A stretch of 21,395 nucleotides of DNA, taken from NCBI GenBank assembly GCA_032128395.1, contig JAQBGV010000146.1, positions 1 to 21,395 of the forward strand. Reading direction: 5' to 3'. Position numbers and translations under genes: made by a program. The stretch comes from Planctomycetota bacterium (lineage in GTDB: Bacteria > Planctomycetota > UBA8108 > UBA1146). The notes under the pieces were generated by a model that was not told the origin of the DNA, ran no database searches, and saw only the letters and a list, made by a program, of their open reading frames with translations. Shown here one piece after another: positions 8,820-16,600 of the stretch; the stretch's first letter is position 1, and each line of letters starts with the position of its first letter.

Positions 8820-8995
8820 AGCTAGCGAGGAGGCGGTCGGAAATCCTCGACTCGGATGTCGCCGGCTTGCTCACGCCCGGTCGGACGGCGGCTCAGATCG
8901 AGGGTTCCACCGCTCCGATCGACCTGAGCCGCCATCCGACAGGACGCGACCCGCACGCGACGTCTCGAACGATGTTTCCCAACCGCCTCCTAGCT
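8820..8995. promoter_or_regulatory. Imperfect inverted repeat (arms 8820-8837 AGCTAGCGAGGAGGCGGT and 8982-8995 ACCGCCTCCTAGCT) in the MATE/M14 divergent intergenic region
   Basis: Arms match 14/14 apart from a 4-nt indel and lie about 150 nt apart within the 380-nt divergent promoter region. Far more similar than expected by chance locally. Confidence 0.3.
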
Positions 8996-9078
8996 GCCAG
9001 AATCCGCAGCAGCGGTTGTCTGGGCAGCCCGATATCACCGATGACCTGTCGTTCTCCCGACCGGAAGGACTCGCTCGT

Positions 9079-11688
9079 ATGACCCTTTCTCGCGCACGCT
9101 TCTCCGGACTCACCGCGTTGCTGCTGATCCTGACAGCCTCACCTCTCGGCGGCCAGGAGAACCGCTTCCCGTTCCGCGTCGGAGATACGGTCGAAGGGAA
9201 GGTTCCTTCCCCCGACGAGTACTTCGGGACTCCACTCGGCAGTCGATTCACTCCTCACCACGAGACGCTCGCCTACCTGCGGGCCCTCGGGGAGCGATCG
9301 GATCGGATCACCGTCCAGTCGTACGGACGGACCGGTGAGGGACGCGAATTGGTGCTCTGCTTCATCGGGAGCGCGGAGAGCATCGGACGGCTCGGCGAGA
9401 TCGCGACGCTCCAAGGGCAGCTCGCAGATCCTCGGTTGCGATCGGCGGATGGGGCCGAGGACCTCGGCGATCTGCTGCCGCGACTGCCGGCGGTCCTCTG
9501 GCTCTCGTACAACGTTCACGGAAACGAAGCCTCGGCGACGGAAGCGGCGCTGTGGACCGTCTACCAGCTGGTCGACGGAACCGACTCCGCGGCCCGCGCG
9601 ATTCGCGACCAGGCTCTCGTGATCATCGATCCCTGCCTGAACCCGGACGGTCGCGAGCGATACCGCCAGTGGTATCACCAGGTCGCGATGGAGGGGGGGA
9701 ACCCCGACCCCGAGAGTCGCGAGCACGATGAACCGTGGCCCGGCGGTCGCGCGAACCACTACCTCTTCGATCTCAATCGGGACTGGGCGTGGCAGAGTCA
9801 GCCGGAGACGCGCGCGCGGATCACCGAGTACCGACGGTGGTGGCCCCTCGTCCACGTCGACTTCCACGAGATGTCCCCGGAGTCGACGTTCTTCTTCTTC
9901 CCCCCGGAGAAGCCGATCAACCGGAACGTCCCCGAGAGCACTCTCCGCTGGGCGGAGACGATCGGACGCGCGAATGCCACGGCGTTCGACAGTTTCGGAT
10001 GGCTCTACTACACCGCCGAAGCCTTCGACCTCTTCTATCCTGGGTACGGCGACTCCTGGCCTTCTCTCCAAGGGGCGATCGGGATGACCTACGAGCAGGC
10101 AGGAGGGGGGAGTGGCGGGCTCCGCTATCGTCGCCGCGATGGCGTCGAACTGACACTCTCCGATCGACTGCATCACCACCACGTCGCGGGGATGGCGACA
10201 TTGCTCGCCGCGGTCGAGCGGAAGGAAGCACTGCAGAAGGACTTTCACACTTTCCGGCACGGCGCGACCGGGTCGACCGAGGCAGGCGAGGTTCGGCAGT
10301 ACTTCTTCCCGCCGGGCCATGGAGAGCGACTCGAGCACTTGGGTGCGCTCCTCGCCGCCCAAGGGATCGAGGTCGGCATACTGTCGGCAGAGCTGGTCGC
10401 TGAAGGGTTGACCGACTTCCACGGAGTAGTGCACGAAGTGGTGCGTCTTCCCGCGGGAACTCTCTCGGTCGCTCTCGACCAACCGAGCGGGCGGCTCGCC
10501 AGCGCCCTGCTCGAGCCCCGCGCCGAGGTGACCGACGCCTACTTCTACGATGTCTCGGCGTGGTCGTTGCCGATGGCGATGGCGGTCGACGGGTACCTCT
10601 CCGGAATCCGGATCGAAGCGACGACCGTGCCGTTCGCACCGAGAATTCGGGTCGAACGGATCGAAGGGGAGGCGCGCTACGCGTATCTCCTCGAATGGAA
10701 CGGAATCCGCTCGGCGCGAGCCCTTCAGGCGCTCCACGACCGGGGGATCCCGGTCCGCCTCGTCCCCGAGAAGATCGTGATCGCCGGACACCGTTACGCC
10801 CCGGGCACGCTCGTCATCCCCGCGCGGAGCGAGGGCGCGCATGCGGCGGTGCGAGAGGTGACAGCGCTCTGCGGCGTCGAGTTCCGGGCCGTCGACTCCG
10901 GGTGGACCGAGGAGGGGATCGACCTCGGATCGGAGAAGGTGTCCGCTCTACGCCCGCCGCGGATCGCGGTGGTGACCGGCTCCGGCGTCTCGAGCCTTTC
11001 TTTCGGCGCGGTGTGGAGTCTGTTCGAGCAGGATCTCGACGTCCCCTTCAGCGCCGTGGAGCTCGAGGGCCTCGGTGGAGTCGATCTGGCGAACTACGAC
11101 GTTCTCATCCTCCCCGAAGGATTCGGGTATCGCAATGCACTCGACGAAGCCACGACCGAGCACCTCCGCGGATGGGTGCGCGCCGGCGGCACCGTGATCG
11201 CACTCGGCGGTGCAGCGTTCGCGATCAGCGAAGAGGGGGCGAAACTCTCCGGTCGCAAGACGCAACTCGAGCCCCCTCCACGCAAGGACGACGCAGAGAC
11301 TCCAGCCGAACGGAAGACGATCGCGAGTCTTCGAAAGCAGCGCGAGGAGCGGCAGGTCCCTGGAAACATCTTCCGGATCGAACTCGACCCGGACCACCCG
11401 CTCGCCTTCGGGCAGCCGCGAAAGCTCTTCGCATTCATGGAGGAGACCCGCACCTTCGCGCTCGCCGGCGATGGGGGCGATGTTGCGGCGTTCACCGCAG
11501 ATCCCGCGGCGAGCGGGTTCATCTCGGAGGAGAACGTCGAGAAGGTCCGCCGTCGGGTCTACCTGGCGGAGGAGCGTCTCGGCCAGGGTCACCTGGTGCT
11601 CTTCGCAGGGGACCCCAACTTCCGCGGCTTCTGGCACGGCTTGACTGGCTTGTTCCTCAACGCCGTATACCTCAGATCAACCTACTAG
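9079..11688 (+). CDS. Secreted M14-family zinc carboxypeptidase with C-terminal class-I glutamine amidotransferase-like (DJ-1/ThiJ-like) domain
   Basis: ATG at 9079 preceded by GGAAGGA. Signal peptide MTLSRARFSGLTALLLILTASPLGGQE. M14 zinc-binding HxxE in YNVHGNE, plus LNPDG and a later His. C-terminal region VVTGSGVSS...ILPEGFGY...GGTVIALGGAAF resembles GATase1-like domains found fused to M14 peptidases. Confidence 0.85.
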   Translation: MTLSRARFSGLTALLLILTASPLGGQENRFPFRVGDTVEGKVPSPDEYFGTPLGSRFTPHHETLAYLRALGERSDRITVQSYGRTGEGRELVLCFIGSAESIGRLGEIATLQGQLADPRLRSADGAEDLGDLLPRLPAVLWLSYNVHGNEASATEAALWTVYQLVDGTDSAARAIRDQALVIIDPCLNPDGRERYRQWYHQVAMEGGNPDPESREHDEPWPGGRANHYLFDLNRDWAWQSQPETRARITEYRRWWPLVHVDFHEMSPESTFFFFPPEKPINRNVPESTLRWAETIGRANATAFDSFGWLYYTAEAFDLFYPGYGDSWPSLQGAIGMTYEQAGGGSGGLRYRRRDGVELTLSDRLHHHHVAGMATLLAAVERKEALQKDFHTFRHGATGSTEAGEVRQYFFPPGHGERLEHLGALLAAQGIEVGILSAELVAEGLTDFHGVVHEVVRLPAGTLSVALDQPSGRLASALLEPRAEVTDAYFYDVSAWSLPMAMAVDGYLSGIRIEATTVPFAPRIRVERIEGEARYAYLLEWNGIRSARALQALHDRGIPVRLVPEKIVIAGHRYAPGTLVIPARSEGAHAAVREVTALCGVEFRAVDSGWTEEGIDLGSEKVSALRPPRIAVVTGSGVSSLSFGAVWSLFEQDLDVPFSAVELEGLGGVDLANYDVLILPEGFGYRNALDEATTEHLRGWVRAGGTVIALGGAAFAISEEGAKLSGRKTQLEPPPRKDDAETPAERKTIASLRKQREERQVPGNIFRIELDPDHPLAFGQPRKLFAFMEETRTFALAGDGGDVAAFTADPAASGFISEENVEKVRRRVYLAEERLGQGHLVLFAGDPNFRGFWHGLTGLFLNAVYLRSTY

Positions 11689-11887
11689 CTCGCCCGGCCG
11701 CCGATGAGGGCCCGTCTGCTGCGTTGCGGGGCTCTTCCCGATCCTCGGGGGGCCGGGGGGGTCGCCTCCGGTCGGGACGCACCATCCGAACACTCCTCGG
11801 CGGCCTCGATGGGGGCGGGTGATTTGGAGTCCCCGGGTCTCTGTCTGACTTCAGTTCGCCCCCCCTCGCAGCCGATCATTCGATCAG

Positions 11888-11916
11888 GACCCGGTTCCCC
11901 GCTCGTCCCCCGGGTC
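11888..11916 (+). promoter_or_regulatory. Hairpin (GACCCGG-N15-CCGGGTC) immediately upstream of the HTH gene's RBS
   Basis: 7-bp perfect stem read directly from the sequence. It ends 2 nt before the GGGAG Shine-Dalgarno of the 11929 start. Confidence 0.25.
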
Positions 11917-11928
11917 TTGGGAGCAGCG

Positions 11929-12411
11929 ATGGCGACGAAGGACTCTTCAACGACCCGGGAAGTTCCGTGGGAGAGCTCACCGCGGGAAATCTTGCGCAAG
12001 CTCCAGTTCCTGATCTCCACGAACAACGTGACTGCGCAGCAGCTCGCCAGGACGACCGGTCTCTCGCAGAAGAACGTCCAAGAAATCCTCGATGGGGTCT
12101 CCTTGCCGACCGAGTCGATGCTGCGGAAGTGCGCAGATTTCTTCGGCGTGACGTTGGAATTCGTGATGGGCAAGGATGATGGGAAAGGGGCGAAGCAGAC
12201 CGCTCCGCGCTCGCATTCCAGCGGTTCGAAGAGTGGTGCTCCACCGGCGGGGCAGACCTCGCCGAAGGCCGCCGCTCCTTCCGGACCGCTCAACCTCCGG
12301 ACGATCGCGACCCGTCACCAGGCACTCATCGAGCTGCTGATCGAGAAACGCGTGATCACCGCGCGGGAGTACCACGACATGGTGCAGAAGATCGAGGGGC
12401 GCGGGCGGTAG
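11929..12411 (+). CDS. XRE-family helix-turn-helix DNA-binding protein with a disordered Ser/Gly/Pro/Ala-rich linker and a C-terminal helical domain
   Basis: ATG at 11929 preceded by GGGAG. HTH_XRE-like segment LISTNNVTAQQLARTTGLSQKNVQEILDGVSLPTESMLRKCADFFGVTLEFV. An in-frame ATG at 11704 would add an 75-aa low-complexity extension; it is considered less likely. Confidence 0.65.
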   Translation: MATKDSSTTREVPWESSPREILRKLQFLISTNNVTAQQLARTTGLSQKNVQEILDGVSLPTESMLRKCADFFGVTLEFVMGKDDGKGAKQTAPRSHSSGSKSGAPPAGQTSPKAAAPSGPLNLRTIATRHQALIELLIEKRVITAREYHDMVQKIEGRGR

Positions 12412-12427
12412 TCGGGGCGCGACCGCC
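12404..12427. terminator. Candidate bidirectional hairpin (GGCGGT-N12-ACCGCC) filling the 16-nt gap between the convergent HTH gene and pgi
   Basis: 6-bp perfectly complementary stem spanning the HTH stop codon and ending at the pgi stop. No U-run follows, so this is a weak terminator candidate. Confidence 0.25.
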
Positions 12428-13765
12428 TCAGAGCAATTCGACTCCGTCCGGCACATCCCCCAGTTCACCGATCTCCGTGCGCACCTTCTCTTCGAAACCC
12501 TCTCGACCCATCCGGGCGAAAGCGATCCACTTTCCGAGCTCGACCCCGGGTTGGTCGTAGGGATCGATCTCGAGCAGCTCCGCCGCGAGGACCGTCGCGA
12601 GCTCGAAGAACGCGAAGAGTGCCCCGAGAGTCCGGGCATCCAGACTCGAGAGCTGGAGGCGGGACACCGGTCGCCCGGCCGCTGCGAGGGATTGCCCCGT
12701 GCCGATCCGCTCCGCCTCGAACAGCGCATCGATGCTCCCTCCACCCAGATACTCGAAGTCCGGATGGAGCGTCCCGCCTGCGGCGGGGAGCGGGGTCACC
12801 GGTGAGATGTCGGCATCGAGTCCGAGGATCAGGAACTGCTTGTCCGCCGGACCCTCGACGAAGAGTTGCACCAGCGAGTGCTGATCGGTCGCACCTTGCG
12901 CGGAAAGCGGCGTGCTTCCCCGGTGGACCACTCGGCCGGCGCGGTCGAGCCGCTTGCCGAGGCTCTCCCCCCACAACTGGGCGAACCAGTCGCCGAAGGT
13001 GCTCAGGCGATCGACGTACCCCATCAGGACCTGGATCCGCTGGCCGCTCCGCTCGGCCCGGAGAACGTGCCCGACCACCCAGTCGAGGAGAGGATGGTCT
13101 TCCCGGTCCCGGACTGCGTGCCAGAGCGACCGCGCGCCTGCGAGCAACTCGGCGGGGTCGCTTCCCACGATCGCGGCGGGGAGGAGTCCGACGGGGGTGA
13201 GCACCGAGAAGCGTCCGCCGACGCGTGGTGGGATGTCGAAGGTAGCGTGTCCATCGCGCGACGCGACCCCCCGCAGTGGGCCGTTCGTTGGATCGGTGAT
13301 CAGCACCATCCGTGAGGACGGATCGATTCCCCCCTCGCGCAGCCAGTCGGCGAAGTAGAGCAGCTGGGCGGCGGTCTCCGCGGTCGAGCCGGATTTCGAC
13401 ACCACCAGGAATCCGGTCCGGGCCGGATCGAGTCGATCGCGGGTACGAGCGATCGTGTCCGGATCGATGTTGTCGATGACGATCAGGCGTTCGGCCTGTC
13501 CGGGAGCGAGAGCATCGCGGACCGCACGGGCGCCGAGAGCGGAGCCTCCGATGCCGAGTAGCACGACATGTTGAAAATCGGCGAGCGCTCTTGCCCCGAT
13601 TCGACAGCGGTCCGCGACCGCGTCTCCCTCTTCCAGGATCTCGATGAAACCCGGAGGGTGGGCGGCGAGGGTCCCGACCATCTTGCGCAGCTGGGCGCGC
13701 GCCGCCGTCGCCTCCTCCGCAAGGTCTGCGGGGAGTGCTCCGCCGAGGTCGAGCCGAAGGGTCAC
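12428..13765 (-). CDS. pgi: Glucose-6-phosphate isomerase (short-type PGI)
   Basis: PGI signature motifs LGIGGSALGA and VVSKSGSTAETA. GTG start at 13765 preceded by GGGGGAG; it overlaps the stop of the upstream aminotransferase (GTGA). The ORF-track upstream extension is Arg-rich and overlaps the aminotransferase in another frame. Confidence 0.85.
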   Translation of the reverse strand: MTLRLDLGGALPADLAEEATAARAQLRKMVGTLAAHPPGFIEILEEGDAVADRCRIGARALADFQHVVLLGIGGSALGARAVRDALAPGQAERLIVIDNIDPDTIARTRDRLDPARTGFLVVSKSGSTAETAAQLLYFADWLREGGIDPSSRMVLITDPTNGPLRGVASRDGHATFDIPPRVGGRFSVLTPVGLLPAAIVGSDPAELLAGARSLWHAVRDREDHPLLDWVVGHVLRAERSGQRIQVLMGYVDRLSTFGDWFAQLWGESLGKRLDRAGRVVHRGSTPLSAQGATDQHSLVQLFVEGPADKQFLILGLDADISPVTPLPAAGGTLHPDFEYLGGGSIDALFEAERIGTGQSLAAAGRPVSRLQLSSLDARTLGALFAFFELATVLAAELLEIDPYDQPGVELGKWIAFARMGREGFEEKVRTEIGELGDVPDGVELL

Positions 13766-14970
13766 TGAGCTTTCTCCCCCGCGGGTGAGAGGTGGGGGTA
13801 CTCCTGCGCGACCTTGGTCCAGCCGGGGAGGGAACGCTCGACGATCTCCCGGGAGACCGCGAACGAGATTCGGAAGTGTCCGGGCGTGCCGAAACCGCGA
13901 CCGGGGACGACGAGGATCCGCTCCTTCACGAGGCGCCCGACGAACTCGACCTCGTTCTCGATCGGCGAGCGGGGGAAGAGGTAGAACGCGCCCCCGGGCG
14001 GTGTGATCGAGAAGCCGAGCTCGGTCAGGTGGTCGAGCAAGATCTGCCGGTTCTCTCGGTAGAGGGTCATGTCGACGGCGAGATCCTGGCAGTCGGCGAC
14101 CGCCAACTGGAACAGGCTCGGGGCGTTGACGAATCCGAGGGTGCGGTTGCAGAAGGTGCAGGCGGCGGCGAGCGCCTCGGCGCCATCGAAGCGGGGCGAA
14201 ATCGCGAGATATCCGATCCGGTCCCCCGCCAGCCCGAGGTCCTTCGAGTGCGAAGTGATCAGTACGGTGTGTTCGTACGCCGGCGGCACCTCCGGGCACT
14301 CGTAGCCTTCGTAGACGATCTTTCGATACGGTTCGTCGGTGATCAGTGTGATCGGTACACCGGCCTTGAGCGATCCTTCGCGGAGCGCGTCGCAGAAGGC
14401 TCGGAGCTCCGTCTCGGAGTAGATCCGACCGGTCGGATTGTTCGGGAAGTTCATGACGACGGCGCGGGTGCGCGGGGTGATCGCCGCGAGGAGTTCTTCG
14501 GCCGGCGGCGGACCGAAGTCCTCCGTCGTGGAGACCTCGACCGGGACCCCGCCGGAGTTCCGGATGTAGAAGCCGTACTCGACGAAGTAGGGGCTGAGGA
14601 GGATCACCTCGTCCCCTGGATCGAGGATCGCGCGGAAGAGCACGTTCAGCGCGCCCCCGGCCCCGACCGTCATCACCACATCTCCTGCCCCGTAGGTCAG
14701 CCCCGTCCTCTGCGTGAGGTGAGACGCGATCTTCTCGCGCACCTCGGGCCACCCCGCGTTCGGCATGTAGCGGTGGATCCCCTCCTGATCGAGGAGCGAG
14801 CGGAGGCGGTCGAGCAGGGCGGGAGGGGGTGGGAGGATCGGATTGCCGAGGGCGAAGTCACAAACGGAGTCCTCGCCGAACTCACGCTTGAGGCGTGCCC
14901 CCTCCTCGAACATGCGCCGAATCCAGGAGGCGCGCTCGAGCGCCTCGGAGACGCTGCGAGAGATCGGCAT
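13762..14970 (-). CDS. Pyridoxal-phosphate-dependent aminotransferase (class I, aspartate/alanine aminotransferase-like)
   Basis: 402 aa; PLP-lysine motif SHSKDLGLAGDRIGY, N-terminal GNP, NPTG motif. ATG at 14970. Confidence 0.85.
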   Translation of the reverse strand: MPISRSVSEALERASWIRRMFEEGARLKREFGEDSVCDFALGNPILPPPPALLDRLRSLLDQEGIHRYMPNAGWPEVREKIASHLTQRTGLTYGAGDVVMTVGAGGALNVLFRAILDPGDEVILLSPYFVEYGFYIRNSGGVPVEVSTTEDFGPPPAEELLAAITPRTRAVVMNFPNNPTGRIYSETELRAFCDALREGSLKAGVPITLITDEPYRKIVYEGYECPEVPPAYEHTVLITSHSKDLGLAGDRIGYLAISPRFDGAEALAAACTFCNRTLGFVNAPSLFQLAVADCQDLAVDMTLYRENRQILLDHLTELGFSITPPGGAFYLFPRSPIENEVEFVGRLVKERILVVPGRGFGTPGHFRISFAVSREIVERSLPGWTKVAQEYPHLSPAGEKAQ

Positions 14971-15005
14971 CGGTCGGTCTCACTTCCCGGGGATCGCAGA
15001 GGCCC

Positions 15006-15051
15006 CTGGATCGAGGGGCGCAGTGATCGAGGAGCACAGTGATCGAGGAGC
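15006..15051. repeat. Direct repeats containing GATCGAGG (CTGGATCGAGGGG, CAGTGATCGAGGAGC, ACAGTGATCGAGGAGC) 36-81 nt upstream of the aminotransferase start
   Basis: Read directly: a 15/16-bp unit repeated twice in tandem, plus a third partial copy. Candidate transcription-factor binding sites. Confidence 0.6.
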
Positions 15052-15182
15052 GGCCGCCGGTTCGGAGCGTGGCGGTCGGATCGCGCTCACACCCCTCGTG
15101 CGGGGCCGAATGCCGCAGATAGGCCGGATGATACGGGTTACGTGAGTCCGCTCCAAGGCGGACTGCCAGTTTCCAGCGCGAA

Positions 15183-15221
15183 CGTACAAAATATTGACAA
15201 CGCCCGGGCGGGCCATACAAT
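15183..15221 (+). promoter_or_regulatory. Near-consensus sigma70 promoter with A/T-rich UP element: -35 TTGACA (15194-15199), 16-nt spacer, -10 TACAAT (15216-15221)
   Basis: Hexamers read directly. Upstream sequence cgtacaaaatat is A/T-rich in an otherwise very GC-rich genome. Predicted TSS about 15228. Confidence 0.5.
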
Positions 15222-15227
15222 CATGGT

Positions 15228-15448
15228 GTTCCGTCAAGATTTCGGACGGGGAGTGCGCGTTTTCCCTGGACCCACAAGTACGGATCGTGGAGACTCGCCC
15301 GTAATGTCCGCTTACTCTCGCTGTGCGGGGACCGGTGCCGGTTCCACCGCTGGAGTGGCGGGGACGACAACAACTGAACCTGTAGACCCGGCCCGGAACA
15401 TTCCCCTAATTTCCCCCTTTCGGGTTGGGTCTCTTTTTCTTGCCTTTT
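15228..15448 (+). ncRNA. Putative small non-coding RNA of about 200 nt (unidentified; 6S-RNA-like size) driven by the consensus promoter. Its ends can pair, and it finishes with a short hairpin and a U-rich tail.
   Basis: No downstream plus-strand gene (the next is 1.1 kb away, beyond a convergent minus gene). GC3 in all frames is low and the region is GC-poor. 5' GGTGTTCCG (15225-15233) pairs with 3' CGGAACATT (15394-15402). CCC-UUUC-GGG hairpin at 15415-15424, then a T-rich run at 15430-15448. tmRNA, RNase P and SRP signature motifs were not found. Confidence 0.3.
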
Positions 15449-15469
15449 CCGCGCCGTCGGGCCCTCTCC

Positions 15470-16421
15470 TCAACCGAGGAGGAATGGATCCGCCGGCGCG
15501 TTCTCATCCCCGAACCGCAACGTTCGCAGGTGATCGATTCCGGCGGCGATGCGTTCGTGGCCCTGCCCAGGGCGGCACTCGATCACGAGCGGTAGCTCCT
15601 CGGGAAGGTCTCGGAGCCGGGCCGAGAGGTTGAGCTCTCCCTCACCCGGGGGGAGGTGGTCCTGGATCCCGATCACATCGTGCACATGGCATCCGAGCAG
15701 AGTGGATCGCATCGCATCCCAAGTCTCCTGGGGAGCTGCGAATCCGAGGACCTCCTGGTAGCGCGCGTGACCGGTGTCGTACCACGTTCCGAGCGGGGCC
15801 CCCTCGAACGTCTGGATCAATCTTCCGAACTCGGCCGGATTGGGGATCTCGTGTGGATAGACCCGATTCTCGAGACCGAGCGAGACTTCCAGCCGTGTGG
15901 CCGCGACGAGGATACGGTCGAGCGAGAGCCTCAGGAGATCGAGGCAGCGCTCCGCGGTCTCGGCGCGCTCTCGCGCGATCTTTCGAATCACTGTCTCGCC
16001 CTCTCCGATCGGCCACTTCCCACCGTCGTAGAGCTCACGGATGCGGTGCTTGGGGTACTCGATGGGGGTCCGTCCCGAGTGACAGACGACGAACCGCGCC
16101 TCGAGGCGGGCGGCCCATTCTAGTGTCTCGATCGTGGCGGCGACCCCGCGGTTGCGCAGGGTGGTGTCCTCCGAGGTGAGCAGCAGGAGATCGCCGGCGG
16201 AGCCCCCTCGGCGACGTGCCACTGGGGACCGGGCAGAAGCTGTGAAGGCTGGCCACGCTCCGCCCAGCCGCTCGGATCGCCCGTCCCATCGGTTCGATCT
16301 CTCCCGCGGTGATCCGATAGCTGAACTCGTACCCCTCGACGTCGTACGAGAGCAACTCGGCGATCCGAGAATCCGCGTCTCCGTCGTTGGGGTCGAGGCA
16401 GGATGTGGAGAGTGCGATCAT
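15470..16421 (-). pseudogene. Sugar-phosphate isomerase/epimerase (xylose-isomerase-like TIM barrel) gene interrupted by a +1 frameshift in a homopolymer (C5 on the plus strand, 16204-16208)
   Basis: N-terminal part (ATG 16421, SD AGAGGAG; MIALSTSCLD...SVASLHSFCPVP) and C-terminal part (..GGSAGDLLLLTSED...VVCHSG...GLEN...YDTGHA...CHVHD) sit in different frames on the same strand. The length of 952 nt is not a multiple of 3. Deleting one G from the coding-strand GGGGG joins them into one 317-codon TIM-barrel protein. Confidence 0.65.
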
Positions 16422-16600
16422 GCGGTGGTGACTCCTCTGGGGGAGAGGATACAGGGAATGCTCGGCGGCGGGGGCGGGACTGAGGAGCAGGGTGATGGGG
16501 AGAATTCGGCCCCGGGCCGCGCCCGATTTCGGAAACGGCGACCGGACCCCCCCATGTACGGTAGACTGCCGCTTTCCGACCGTGGGAGGAGGATCGCGCC

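Noticed and set aside
7620-8825. 401-aa plus ORF (Asp/Glu/Arg-rich) antisense to the MATE gene
   Set aside because: Low-complexity charged sequence, opposite a confidently identified 12-TM transporter.
9139-10842. 567-aa minus ORF inside the M14 peptidase gene
   Set aside because: Antisense high-GC ORF. No domains; the sense strand has clear M14 motifs.
10560-11822. 420-aa plus ORF in an alternative frame over the 3' half of the M14 gene
   Set aside because: Out-of-frame Arg/Gly-rich ORF. The M14 reading frame is continuous and domain-bearing.
11704-11928. In-frame ATG at 11704 extending the HTH protein N-terminally by 75 aa
   Set aside because: The extension is low-complexity and lies only 15 nt after the M14 stop without an SD. 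ATG 11929 has a strong GGGAG RBS and places the HTH at the N-terminus as usual. Kept as an alternative.
13792-15042. 416-aa plus ORF antisense to the aminotransferase
   Set aside because: Antisense artefact. Asp/Glu/Arg-rich.
15200-15600. tmRNA / RNase P RNA / SRP RNA identity for the transcript downstream of the consensus promoter
   Set aside because: The GAUUUCGGACGGGG segment superficially resembles the tmRNA 5' end. However there is no tRNA-like T-arm or CCA-end region, no GGAAAGUCCGG (RNase P) and no AGGUCCGGAAGGAAGCAGC-like SRP domain IV. Available length before the convergent CDS (~240 nt) is too short for tmRNA or RNase P.
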